IMG/VR virus record: IMGVR_UViG_3300020576_005084
Span: 1,184-65,183 of that record
Reading direction: 5' to 3' (one strand)
Length of the DNA stretch: 64,000 nt
DNA from: a virus
Taxonomy: Duplodnaviria; Caudoviricetes
A program made the translations under genes and the position numbers. The notes beneath the pieces are model-generated. The model made no database searches, was not told where the DNA came from, and saw only the letters and a program-made list of their open reading frames with translations. Shown here in pieces: positions 34,595 through 43,752 of this stretch (the first letter of the stretch is position 1; every line of letters starts with the position of its first letter).

Positions 34595-36643
34595 TTGTCC
34601 GTGCCGGTCCAACCGCAGCCGCGTAGCATTGCCGTCCCTGTGCCGTTGCGCGGCATCAAGGGCTGGCTGCTGTGGAAGTCCGAGCAGATGCTCGGCGAGA
34701 AGAAGCCACGCAAGATTGCCTATTGGGCTGATGGTGGAAAGCGCCACGGTGAGCAGGGAGGCGAGCACGACCGCCGCCGACTGGTCACCTACTCAGCCGC
34801 GATCGACGCGCTGGCAAAAGGAGACTTCACCGGCCTCGCCTTCGCCCCGCTGCCCGGCTTCAATGTTGTTGCGTTGGATTTCGACAACTGTGTTACCGAT
34901 CGCAGTGTGGCGAAAGAGGTGCTGGATGTAATCTACGGCACCTACGCTGAATTCAGCCCCTCGGGCAACGGTGTGCGCGCCCTCTTCCGTGGCAACGTCG
35001 GCAATCACAAGAAGATCTCCAAGGACGGCAGCATCGGGTTCGAGACCTTCTCGACCAGCGGCTTTGTCACCATCACCGGCAACATGTTGGTGGGTGTTGA
35101 TCTGGCCGGGTTCGAAGACACCGTCGCCGACGTAACAACCGCGGTTACTGAGTATTGCGAGAAACGCTTCGGCCACAACACCCGCGACGAAATCTCTAAC
35201 GCCAACGATCCGCTGGCCAATCTTAAGCCGAAGCTCGGCTTGACCATAACCCAGATCGAAGAGCTGCTGGCCCAGCTGGATCCCGACATGGACCGCGACC
35301 AGTGGATCCGTGTCGGCATGGCGGTCCACCACGAGACCGAAGGCGATGACACCGGCTTCGCCATCTGGAACGACTGGTCGGCCGAAGGCGGCAAGTACCC
35401 GTCAGAAGAAAATCTCCGCGAACAGTGGGACAGCTTCGATCGCGCGAGGAACATGGGCCGCCAAGTCAGCATGGCGACAGTCAAGCGGATGGTCAAAGAG
35501 GTGAAGGCACCGAAGCCCAGCACCGCCAGCGCTGAAGAGATCTTGGACCGTATCTCCACCATCAAGTCCGACGGGCCCGTGGCCAGCGTCGGCAGCTCCG
35601 AAGGCTTCCAAGGCAAGTTCAAGGCGTACAGCGCTGGTGTGATGTCCGATCGCCCGCCACCGGACTGGCTGATCGACGATGTAATTCCCAAGGCAGATAT
35701 CATGGTGCTCTACGGCGCCAGCGGATCCGGCAAGAGCTTCGTTGCTCTGGACATGGGCGCCAGTATCGCGCGCGGGATCCCGTGGCGCAGCAACCGGTCG
35801 ACCAAGGGCCGTGTGCTGATCATCGCGGCCGAAGGTGGTGGTGGTGTCGGCAAGCGCATCAAGGCCTACTGCCTCCACCACGGGGTTGATCCGTACACGC
35901 TCGATATCTCGGTGATCACCGCCGCGCCAAATTTCATGCAAAAGGAAGACATCGGCGAAGTCGCAGCGACCGTGAAGGACGCAGGTGGTTTCGACCTGAT
36001 CATCGTCGACACCTTTGCGCAGGTAACGCCCGGCGCCAACGAAAACGCTGGCGAGGACATGGGCCTTGCGCTGACCAATGCCAAGGTGCTGCGCGAAGTC
36101 AGTGGCGCCATGGTCCTGCTGGTGCACCACTCGGGCAAGGACGCCACGCGCGGTGCCCGAGGGTGGTCCGGCATTAAGGCCGCCATGGACGCCGAGATTG
36201 AGGTGATCAAGCACGACAACGGCGAGCGCGAGATCCGCCTGACCAAGATGAAGGACGGCGACGACGGATTCCGCTGGGGCGTCAAGCTGGAAGTGCTGCC
36301 GACCGGCAAGGACAAGCACGGCAAGGAAATCACCAGCTGCGTGGCGATCGAGACCGACGCACCGGCCGTGCGATCGCCAATGGATGACGAGCCGCGCAAG
36401 GGTGTGCGCCGCTTCTCGGCAACCGAGAATCACATTCTGGAGATTGTGGCCACCATGCCGGAGACGGCGGCAATGGGCCGGGAGAAGTTCGTTCGTTTGT
36501 GTGCGGAGACACTGCCGACACCAGAGGAAGGCACCCGCGACAACAGGATGGTGCGCACGTCAGCCGCCATCACAGATATGTGCAAGGGCAAAGACGCACC
36601 CTTCAGAGAAATCGAAGGGGTCATCCATTTTCTTGTTACCTGA
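34595..36643 (+). CDS. Primase-helicase (PrimPol-like, PriCT-2 and RepA/AAA_25 helicase domains)
   Basis: 'ALDFD', 'E.SPSG.G' primase; 'W..VGMA.H....G..IW..WS..G.KY' PriCT-2; Walker A 'YGASGSGKS', Walker B 'IIVDT', 'LVHHSGKD...GARG.S'. Confidence 0.9.
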   Translation: MSVPVQPQPRSIAVPVPLRGIKGWLLWKSEQMLGEKKPRKIAYWADGGKRHGEQGGEHDRRRLVTYSAAIDALAKGDFTGLAFAPLPGFNVVALDFDNCVTDRSVAKEVLDVIYGTYAEFSPSGNGVRALFRGNVGNHKKISKDGSIGFETFSTSGFVTITGNMLVGVDLAGFEDTVADVTTAVTEYCEKRFGHNTRDEISNANDPLANLKPKLGLTITQIEELLAQLDPDMDRDQWIRVGMAVHHETEGDDTGFAIWNDWSAEGGKYPSEENLREQWDSFDRARNMGRQVSMATVKRMVKEVKAPKPSTASAEEILDRISTIKSDGPVASVGSSEGFQGKFKAYSAGVMSDRPPPDWLIDDVIPKADIMVLYGASGSGKSFVALDMGASIARGIPWRSNRSTKGRVLIIAAEGGGGVGKRIKAYCLHHGVDPYTLDISVITAAPNFMQKEDIGEVAATVKDAGGFDLIIVDTFAQVTPGANENAGEDMGLALTNAKVLREVSGAMVLLVHHSGKDATRGARGWSGIKAAMDAEIEVIKHDNGEREIRLTKMKDGDDGFRWGVKLEVLPTGKDKHGKEITSCVAIETDAPAVRSPMDDEPRKGVRRFSATENHILEIVATMPETAAMGREKFVRLCAETLPTPEEGTRDNRMVRTSAAITDMCKGKDAPFREIEGVIHFLVT

Positions 36644-36730
36644 CCGTTGCAACCCGCAGGTTGGGCAGATAGGCATGATGTCACTAAGTGCTATCTGATT
36701 CGCGAAACGTGACAAAAAGGAGAGTAGAAT

Positions 36731-37075
36731 ATGTTCAAGTTGACGATTGAAGGCACGTCGCCTTCGGACCTGAAGACCAAGCTGTTGGCCGCCGCCTCGG
36801 AAATCGGAGGCGCCGCTGCCCCCGCCACCGACAAGCCCAACAAGCCTGCCGCCGCCAAGGCGCCCGCCACTCCCAAGGCACCCGCCCTGACCTTCAAGGC
36901 TGACGTCGCCCCGCTGCTGCTGCAGCTGGCCGACAAGAACCGCGACAAGGCCAAGGAAGTGCTGGCGTCGTTTGGTGTTGCCAAGGGCGCCGAGCTGACG
37001 GCGGAACAGCTGCCGGAAGCCAAGGCTGCGTTCGAAGCGGCGATTGCCGAAGTCGACGAAGATTTGGCCGGTTGA
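36731..37075 (+). CDS. Hypothetical protein (Ala/Pro/Lys linker, helical C-domain)
   Basis: 114 aa; RBS AAGGAG; type commonly found upstream of DUF2800. Confidence 0.8.
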   Translation: MFKLTIEGTSPSDLKTKLLAAASEIGGAAAPATDKPNKPAAAKAPATPKAPALTFKADVAPLLLQLADKNRDKAKEVLASFGVAKGAELTAEQLPEAKAAFEAAIAEVDEDLAG

Positions 37076-37082
37076 TCAGGCA

Positions 37083-38303
37083 ATGGCAGAGCACGCGCTT
37101 CTGTCGCCCTCGGGCGCGCATCGTTGGATGCGTTGCCCGGGGAGCCTGCTTCTGGAGAAGGCAGCTCCAGACCGTTCTTCACGCTACGCGGATGAAGGAA
37201 CCGCGGCCCATCTAATCGCAACAGAGTGTCTGCAGTCCGACGGCAAGATCGCGCCAGACGACTATCTCGGCCGCCACCTCGACGTGGGCGAGAGCACGAT
37301 TCTTGTCGACCACGAGATGGTCCAGAGCGTCGAGCAGTTCATTGAGGTGGTCGAGAAGTACGCGGCTGGCGGCGGCCGTATCCTCGTCGACAAGCGCGTC
37401 AATTTCAGCAGCTATCTCGGCGTCGAGAACAGCACCGGCACCGCCGACGTCATCATCATTTTCCCCGACCGCATTATCGTCATCGACCTGAAGTATGGCC
37501 GAGGTGTCAAGGTCTATGCCGCACACAACGAGCAGTGCCGCCTGTACGCACTGGGCACGCTGCACGACTACGGCTTTGCCGTGGATCCGACCGACATCGT
37601 CATGGTCATCCACCAGCCTCGCCTCGAGCATGTCGACGAAGACTGCATGACCGTCGAGGATCTGGAAGCGTGGGCCCAGAACGAGGCCAAGCCCGCCGCG
37701 GCTGAAGCTCTGGCCATGTTCGACAAAAACGAAGCCGACGAACTTCGTCTTGAGCCCGGCGAAAAGCAGTGCAAGTTCTGCAGTGCCAAGGCGACGTGCC
37801 CGGCGCTGAAGGCCGAGATGCAGGTGTCGATTGGCCATGTCGCCACAGCCGAGGATTTTGCCAATCTCGACCGGCTCGACGACGACGAGCTGGAGCTGAC
37901 CATGCTCAAGGTTCCGCTGGTTGAGACCTATTGCAAGGCGGTGCGCGGCGAGATGGAGCGGCGTATGTTCGCTGGCCATAAGAGCAAGCATTTCAAAATC
38001 GTCGAAGGCAAGAAGGGCAACCGTGCGTGGTCCGACGAACAGCTGGTCGAGGCGGCGATGAAGTCGCAGAAGGTCAAGCCCGACGAAATGTATACCAAGA
38101 AGCTTGTCAGCCCCACACAGGCTGAGAAGAATCTCAAAAGTAAAAAGCCGAAGGCGTGGGCTGCTCTGCAGGAGCTTATCGTCCGCGCCCCCGGCAAGCC
38201 ATCTGTGGCACCCGTCACGGATAAGCGGGCAGAGATACCCGCTTCTGCCATCGCATCGGATTTCGCTGCGCTGGTTCAATCTGAAAATGATCAAGAGGAA
38301 TAG
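37083..38303 (+). CDS. DUF2800 Cas4-like PD-(D/E)xK exonuclease
   Basis: 'HALLSPSGAHRW..CPGS', 'GTAAH', 'GTAD', 'IDLKYGRG', 'QCRLYALG', 'CKFC.AK..C'. Confidence 0.9.
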   Translation: MAEHALLSPSGAHRWMRCPGSLLLEKAAPDRSSRYADEGTAAHLIATECLQSDGKIAPDDYLGRHLDVGESTILVDHEMVQSVEQFIEVVEKYAAGGGRILVDKRVNFSSYLGVENSTGTADVIIIFPDRIIVIDLKYGRGVKVYAAHNEQCRLYALGTLHDYGFAVDPTDIVMVIHQPRLEHVDEDCMTVEDLEAWAQNEAKPAAAEALAMFDKNEADELRLEPGEKQCKFCSAKATCPALKAEMQVSIGHVATAEDFANLDRLDDDELELTMLKVPLVETYCKAVRGEMERRMFAGHKSKHFKIVEGKKGNRAWSDEQLVEAAMKSQKVKPDEMYTKKLVSPTQAEKNLKSKKPKAWAALQELIVRAPGKPSVAPVTDKRAEIPASAIASDFAALVQSENDQEE

Positions 38304-38309
38304 TTGACT

Positions 38310-38921
38310 ATGGAAATCATGCTGAAAGACGTGCGTATCGCTTTCCCCGCTATCGCGGAGAAGCAGGCGATTGGTGATGGCGAACCGGCGTATGGCGCCA
38401 AGTTCATCATCGTCCCGGGCTCGCCGATCGTGAAGGTTCTCGATGATGGGATGCTTGCCGTGGCCAAGGCCATGGACAAGTGGAAGCCCAACAACGAGGC
38501 GATCTTCAAGAAGCTGAAGGAAGACAAGAAGGTCAGCTTCATCCACGCGCCCTACTGCAACAAGAACGGCGTGCCGTATCTGGGCTTTGAAGACATGTTC
38601 TCGCTGGGCAGCCGCAACGCTTCCACCCAGCCGACCGTGTTCGACAAGTACGGCAAGCAGATCCCGGGCGACAACAAGGAAGCGATCAAGTCGTTGATCT
38701 ATTCCGGTTGCTACGTCAACGCCAAGATCCAGCTCTGGGCGCAGGACAACCAGTACGGCCGCCGCATCAATGCGTCGTTGCTGGGCGTCATGTTCTCCAA
38801 GGATGGCGAAGCGTTCGGCGGCGCGGCTCCTGCCAAGGCGTCCGACTTCGCCGAGCTGGCCGCGGATCCGGCCGAAGCCATGGACACCGTCCATGGCGGC
38901 GACGACGATCTGGTAGGCTAG
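38310..38921 (+). CDS. DUF2815 single-stranded DNA-binding protein (T7 gp2.5-like)
   Basis: 'VRIAFP', 'YGAKFI', '[33 protein letters not shown]'; acidic tail ending DDDLVG. Confidence 0.9.
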   Translation: MEIMLKDVRIAFPAIAEKQAIGDGEPAYGAKFIIVPGSPIVKVLDDGMLAVAKAMDKWKPNNEAIFKKLKEDKKVSFIHAPYCNKNGVPYLGFEDMFSLGSRNASTQPTVFDKYGKQIPGDNKEAIKSLIYSGCYVNAKIQLWAQDNQYGRRINASLLGVMFSKDGEAFGGAAPAKASDFAELAADPAEAMDTVHGGDDDLVG

Positions 38922-38925
38922 TCCC

Positions 38926-39198
38926 ATGGCTGGCGCCGGACACAACAGCGGCTTCGCCCGCGACGGTCTCAAGTCCTTCATCTCGCGCATCGAGCGCATG
39001 GAGGAAGAGAAAGCCGCGTTGTTGGCCGACATCAAGGAAATCTATGCCGAAGCGAAAGGTACAGGTTTTGACACCAAGATCCTGCGGAAGGTCATAGCTC
39101 TGCGGAAAATGGACAAAGCCGATCGCCAAGAAATGGAAGCCTTGGTGGATCTGTACATGAACGCCGTCGGCCAAGACGATGACGACCTGATCGGATAA
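38926..39198 (+). CDS. gapR: GapR/DUF2312 nucleoid-associated protein
   Basis: '[46 protein letters not shown]...RQE.E...DLY'. Confidence 0.93.
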   Translation: MAGAGHNSGFARDGLKSFISRIERMEEEKAALLADIKEIYAEAKGTGFDTKILRKVIALRKMDKADRQEMEALVDLYMNAVGQDDDDLIG

Positions 39199-39202
39199 GG
39201 TG

Positions 39203-39238
39203 GCGCCCGGCCAAAAGCCGGGCGCCCCTTTCTTTTGC
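39203..39238 (+). terminator. Intrinsic terminator/attenuator between gapR and the DNA polymerase gene
   Basis: GGCGCCCGGC-CAAAA-GCCGGGCGCC followed by CCTTTCTTTT. Confidence 0.75.
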
Positions 39239-39249
39239 GCGAGACCGCC

Positions 39250-41208
39250 GTGCCCGTACTTTTCATCGACGAAGAAACCTATAGCGAAGTGCCGATTAAA
39301 TACGGCACGCATCGCTACGCCGAGAATTCGGAGATCATCCTGTTCGGCTACGCGTGGGACGACGACCCACACCAAGTCTATGAAGGCATGCCGGGCAATC
39401 TGGAAGAGATGTTCAACGCTGCTGACGAGATTGTGATCCAGAACAGTTTCTTCGACCGCACGAATCTCGCCTACAAGGGCATAAAGATACCGATCGAAAA
39501 GATCACGGACACCATGGTGCTCGCCCTCGCGCACGGTTACCCGGCCGGGCTGGACCAGATGTGCGAGGCTCTGGATGTCCCGGTCGACAAAGCGAAGAAG
39601 AAAGACGGCAAAAAGCTGATCAATCTTTTCTGCAAACCGCGCCCGAAGAAGCAGAAGCTGCGCCGCGCAACCAAGGAGACCCACCCCAAGGAGTGGGCCG
39701 AGTTTGTCGATTATTGCGGCTTCGACATCGTGTCGATGCGGGAGTGCTGGAAGCGCCTACCCCGTTGGAATTTTCAGCCGTTCGAGCGCAAGCTCTGGTA
39801 CCTAGACCAGAAGATAAACGACCGTGGTGTCGCGATCGATCTGGATCTTGCTGCTGCCGCGCTGCGCGCCGCCGAGCGCGCCGGGCAAGTGCTGGCCGCG
39901 GAATCCGACGAGATGACGGACGGCGCGGTGAAGTCGACTACGCAGCGCGATGTGCTGATGGCGTACTTGAACAACGAGCTGTCTTTCGAGATCACGGATC
40001 TTAAAAAAGGCACCATCAAAAACATTCTGAAGAAGGGCCAGCTGGAGCCCGGGGTCAAGGAGATCCTTGAAAACCGGCTGCAAGCCGCCGCCACAAGCCC
40101 GGCGAAATACAAAGTGCTGCTCAACTCAACTTCGCTCAGCGACGGCCGCCTGCGCGGCACGCTGCAGTTCTGTGGTGCTGGCCGGACCAGCCGGTGGGGC
40201 GGCCGCTTGTTCCAACCGCAGAACCTACCGCGCCCCACCCTCGAACAGGCCATGATCGAGCTGGGCATTCTCGCCATGAAGGCGAACTGCGAAGATCTTA
40301 TCTTCGACAATGTCATGGAGCTGTGCTCGTCGGCTGTGCGCGGCGCGATCATCGCGCCAGACGGCAAGAAGCTCAGTATCTCGGACCTGAGCAATATCGA
40401 AGGCCGTGTGTCCGCGTGGGTGGCGGGGGAAGACTGGAAGGTCAAGGCGTTTGCCGAGCTCGACGCTGGCCGCGGCGTCGACATCTATGTGCTTGCTTAC
40501 TCCCGTGCGTTCGGCGTGCCTGTCGAGACAGTGCTTGCCAACAAGAAAACTGGCGACGGCATGATGCGCCAGATCGGCAAGGTCATGGAATTGGCCCTTG
40601 GATACGGCGGCGCTGTCGGCGCGTTCGCTTCCATGGCGCTTCTGTACGGCATCGAGCTGCCCGAGGACGAGATTGTCGAGATCGTTCAGAAGTGGCGCAA
40701 AGCGCACCCGGCGATCAAGCGGTACTGGTATGATCTGGAGTGGGCCATACGACAGGCCTATCGCAACCCGGGCGAGAGCTTCAAGGCTGGCCCGGTTACC
40801 GCCGATCGCGTCGGCCACACTGTGCGCCTCAAGATGCCGAGCGGATCCTACCTTTGCTACCCGCACTTCAGCGAAGGCATCGGCGAAGACAACCAGTGCT
40901 CGTACATGGGCATCAATCAATACACCCGCAAATGGGAGCGCATCCGCAGCTACGGGCCTAAGTTCTTCGAAAACGTGGTGCAGAAGATCTCGCGAGATAT
41001 TCTCGGCCGCGGCATGATCAAGGCCGAGAAAACTGGGTTTGAGATGGTCCTGCATGTCCACGACGAACTTGTCGCGGAATCCAGAGAAGACGACGAAGAC
41101 CTCACACATGCGCAGCTGTCGAAGATCTTGGCGACCAACCCGCCTTGGGCATTGAATTTGCCGCTTGCTGCTGCGGGCCACGACACCTATCGATACGCAA
41201 AGGAGTAG
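39250..41208 (+). CDS. DNA polymerase, family A (phage type) with a 3'-5' exonuclease domain
   Basis: Exo I 'LFIDEETYS', 'NS.FDR', 'DTM', 'YC..D'; polymerase 'RW.GR..Q.QNL', motif A 'DLSNIEGR', motif B 'RQIGK..ELA.GYG', motif C 'HVHDE'. Confidence 0.95.
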   Translation: MPVLFIDEETYSEVPIKYGTHRYAENSEIILFGYAWDDDPHQVYEGMPGNLEEMFNAADEIVIQNSFFDRTNLAYKGIKIPIEKITDTMVLALAHGYPAGLDQMCEALDVPVDKAKKKDGKKLINLFCKPRPKKQKLRRATKETHPKEWAEFVDYCGFDIVSMRECWKRLPRWNFQPFERKLWYLDQKINDRGVAIDLDLAAAALRAAERAGQVLAAESDEMTDGAVKSTTQRDVLMAYLNNELSFEITDLKKGTIKNILKKGQLEPGVKEILENRLQAAATSPAKYKVLLNSTSLSDGRLRGTLQFCGAGRTSRWGGRLFQPQNLPRPTLEQAMIELGILAMKANCEDLIFDNVMELCSSAVRGAIIAPDGKKLSISDLSNIEGRVSAWVAGEDWKVKAFAELDAGRGVDIYVLAYSRAFGVPVETVLANKKTGDGMMRQIGKVMELALGYGGAVGAFASMALLYGIELPEDEIVEIVQKWRKAHPAIKRYWYDLEWAIRQAYRNPGESFKAGPVTADRVGHTVRLKMPSGSYLCYPHFSEGIGEDNQCSYMGINQYTRKWERIRSYGPKFFENVVQKISRDILGRGMIKAEKTGFEMVLHVHDELVAESREDDEDLTHAQLSKILATNPPWALNLPLAAAGHDTYRYAKE

Positions 41209-41212
41209 AATA

Positions 41213-41662
41213 ATGACACCAGAAGGAAAAATCGAAAAGCACCTGAAGAAGGAAGTCCAAGCTTCCGGCGGCAAGGTGCGCAAGGTGAAATGGATCGGCA
41301 AGAGCGGAGCTCCCGATCGCCTGATGTGGTGGCCCGCCGCGCACAAGCACGACCCCATGGGCACGATACCGCGCATGGCGTTCGTGGAGCTAAAGGCAAA
41401 GGGCAAGAAGCCGACCAAGGTGCAGGAAGAAGAACACGCGGCGTTGCGCGACGATGGCTTCATTGTTCTGACGTTGGACAGCATCGAAGCGGTGGACCGG
41501 GCGATCGTGCTGGTACGCGACGGCGTGGTGGTGCCCGAGGGTGCTGCCGCAGGCGCGGCGCCACCAGCCCAGAAGAGAAAGCGGCCGTCGACGGATCACA
41601 TCGACATCGTCAAGGTGCCGCCGGATCTGCCACCGCGCGACAACTCAGATCTCGTCGAATGA
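41213..41662 (+). CDS. VRR-NUC domain nuclease
   Basis: 'E..IE..L..EV...GG..RK..W.G..GAPDR...FVELKA.GK.PT..Q'; Pro-rich tail ending DNSDLVE. Confidence 0.9.
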   Translation: MTPEGKIEKHLKKEVQASGGKVRKVKWIGKSGAPDRLMWWPAAHKHDPMGTIPRMAFVELKAKGKKPTKVQEEEHAALRDDGFIVLTLDSIEAVDRAIVLVRDGVVVPEGAAAGAAPPAQKRKRPSTDHIDIVKVPPDLPPRDNSDLVE

Positions 41663-43095
41663 GCAAGGTCTTCAAGCCGCACGAATACCAGATCCCGATG
41701 ATGGACCAGATGCGCTACAACGCGCGCACTGGCATCTGGGCTCCCATGGGCGGCGGCAAGACCGTGTGCACCGAGACCGTGCTCGACCAACTCGATCTGG
41801 TTGAGGATGTCTACCCGGTGCTGGTGCTGGCGACGAAGCGTGTGGCGCGCACGGTGTGGGGACCGGAGCTGAAGAAGTGGCAACACCTCGAGCACCTGCG
41901 CGCGTCGATCGTGCTGGGCACCGAACGCGAGCGGGCACGGGCGCTGGATGCCAGCGCGGAATACTTCTGCACCAATTACGACAATCTGGTCTGGCTGGCC
42001 GAGACCCTTGGTGACGACTGGCCCTTCAAGACCGTCGTCGCTGACGAGCTCACCAAGCTGAAATCCTTCCGCCTGCGTCAAGGCACCAAGCGTGGCAGGG
42101 CGCTGGCGAAATATGCACACACCAAGATAACCCGGTTCATCGGCCTCACCGGCACACCGTCGCCGAACGGGCTGAAGGATCTGTGGGGCCAGACATGGTT
42201 TCTGGACGAAGGCAAATCTCTCGGCCGCACCTTCACGTCGTTTCAGGAGCGGTGGTTCCAGATCAAGAAGGACGGCTACGGCCTCGAGCCGATGGAGCAC
42301 ACCGAGAAGGAGATCCACGAGCGGATCGCCAAGCTGTACATCACCGTCAAGGGGCTGCCGGTCGACGAGCCGATCTTCAAGGAGGTCTATGTCGACCTGC
42401 CCGAGAAGGCACGGCAGACCTACAAGACGATGAAGCGCGCCGCGTTTGCCGAGCTGCGCAAGGATGGCAAGGCCACTGTCGCGTCGAACGGCGGCGTCAA
42501 AACCAGCAAGCTGCGCCAGATCTGCAACGGCTTCATGTTCACGGGAGATCCCGAGAAGCCCGCCGAAAAGGACATGCACGAAAATCTCCATGACGAAAAG
42601 ATCGCGGCACTGGAGAGCATCATTGAAGAGGCCAACGGCATGCCGGTGCTGGTGGCCTACAATTTCAAGCCGGATCTGGCGAAGCTGCAGAAGGCGTTCC
42701 CACAGGGCCGCGTGCTGGACGACAAGCAGAGCACTGTCGACGCGTGGAATCGTGGTGAGATCCCGGTGCTGTTTGCGCACCCGGCGTCGGCCGGGCACGG
42801 GTTGAACCTGCAGGACGGCGGCAACATCATCGCCTTCTATGGTCTGGACTGGAATCTGGAGCTCTACCAGCAGATCATCGAGCGCATTGGCCCGCTGCGG
42901 CAGAAACAGTCCGGCTACGATCGGCCGGTGTTCGTCTATCACATCATCGCCCGGGGCACGATCGAGATCGATGTGCTCGAGCGGCTGCGCAGCAAGCGGT
43001 CGGTGCAGGACATCCTGCTGGCCGCCATGGAGCGTGACGAGCTGGGCGCCCCGGATCCGGTGGAGCTGGAGCCGCTGGAAGATCTGGTGGGTTGA
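41659..43095 (+). CDS. SNF2-family DEAD/H helicase
   Basis: True start is the ATGA overlap at 41659; 'MGGGKT', 'VVADELT', 'GLTGTP..N', 'HPASAGHGLNLQ', 'ERIG..RQ'. Confidence 0.92.
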   Translation: MSKVFKPHEYQIPMMDQMRYNARTGIWAPMGGGKTVCTETVLDQLDLVEDVYPVLVLATKRVARTVWGPELKKWQHLEHLRASIVLGTERERARALDASAEYFCTNYDNLVWLAETLGDDWPFKTVVADELTKLKSFRLRQGTKRGRALAKYAHTKITRFIGLTGTPSPNGLKDLWGQTWFLDEGKSLGRTFTSFQERWFQIKKDGYGLEPMEHTEKEIHERIAKLYITVKGLPVDEPIFKEVYVDLPEKARQTYKTMKRAAFAELRKDGKATVASNGGVKTSKLRQICNGFMFTGDPEKPAEKDMHENLHDEKIAALESIIEEANGMPVLVAYNFKPDLAKLQKAFPQGRVLDDKQSTVDAWNRGEIPVLFAHPASAGHGLNLQDGGNIIAFYGLDWNLELYQQIIERIGPLRQKQSGYDRPVFVYHIIARGTIEIDVLERLRSKRSVQDILLAAMERDELGAPDPVELEPLEDLVG

Positions 43096-43197
43096 CGCCC
43101 GGGTTACGAATCAGGGAATGTGCGCCCGGGCCGCGAGGCTTCGGGGCATCTTGCGGGTGCTCTGTCATTCCCCCCGGGATGGGGCCCCGCCGCCGTC

Positions 43198-43752
43198 CTA
43201 GACGCCCGGTGGGGCCTTCCCGTGCCAGCCGGAGCAGGCGATCGCCTCAGCCTGCACCTCCTCCACCCGGCGCCCCCAGCCCTTTCCGAAGTGCTCCCAG
43301 TCGGGCAGCCCCTTGAGATACGCCAGACGGGCATCACAGAGCGCACGGATGGCCCGCTCAGGCAGCTCGGCTTCGGCCGCCCGCAAGGTCACCGGGCCAA
43401 AAGCCCCGTCTGCGACCACGCCAAGGGCTCCCTGAAGGTATTTTACGGCCCTCCCCGGGCCGCTGTTTACGGCGAAATCGAAGGTGGCATGGTCCAGCCC
43501 GGCAGGCAGCCGGTCGGCCCCGCATTTCACCCAAAACTCGGTGTAGTAGAAATGGGCGACTTTGGCGGGCGTCAGGGCCCGCATCTCGTCCTCGGACACC
43601 TCAAGGGTGGCCCGGTCGGTGTATTCGGCCCAGCGCTTGCGCGTGACGCCCAGATTGGTCATCCCGCCCTTGTCGTGGGGGTTGTTCACGAAGCCGCCCT
43701 CGCGGCCCGGCTTGAGCAGCAGCCGGAGGCACTGGTCGAAGGTCTCTTTCAT
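43198..43752 (-). CDS. Endolysin, glycoside hydrolase family 108 with a C-terminal PG-binding domain
   Basis: 'EGGFVNNPHDKGGMTNLGVT', 'FDFAVNSGPGRA', 'DG.FGP.T', 'FGKGW.RR'. Confidence 0.92.
   Translation of the reverse strand: MKETFDQCLRLLLKPGREGGFVNNPHDKGGMTNLGVTRKRWAEYTDRATLEVSEDEMRALTPAKVAHFYYTEFWVKCGADRLPAGLDHATFDFAVNSGPGRAVKYLQGALGVVADGAFGPVTLRAAEAELPERAIRALCDARLAYLKGLPDWEHFGKGWGRRVEEVQAEAIACSGWHGKAPPGV

Noticed and set aside
37083-38303. Cas4-like nuclease as evidence of a CRISPR system
   Set aside because: It is the DUF2800 exonuclease in its usual phage context beside SSB and PolA; no array or other cas genes were found.
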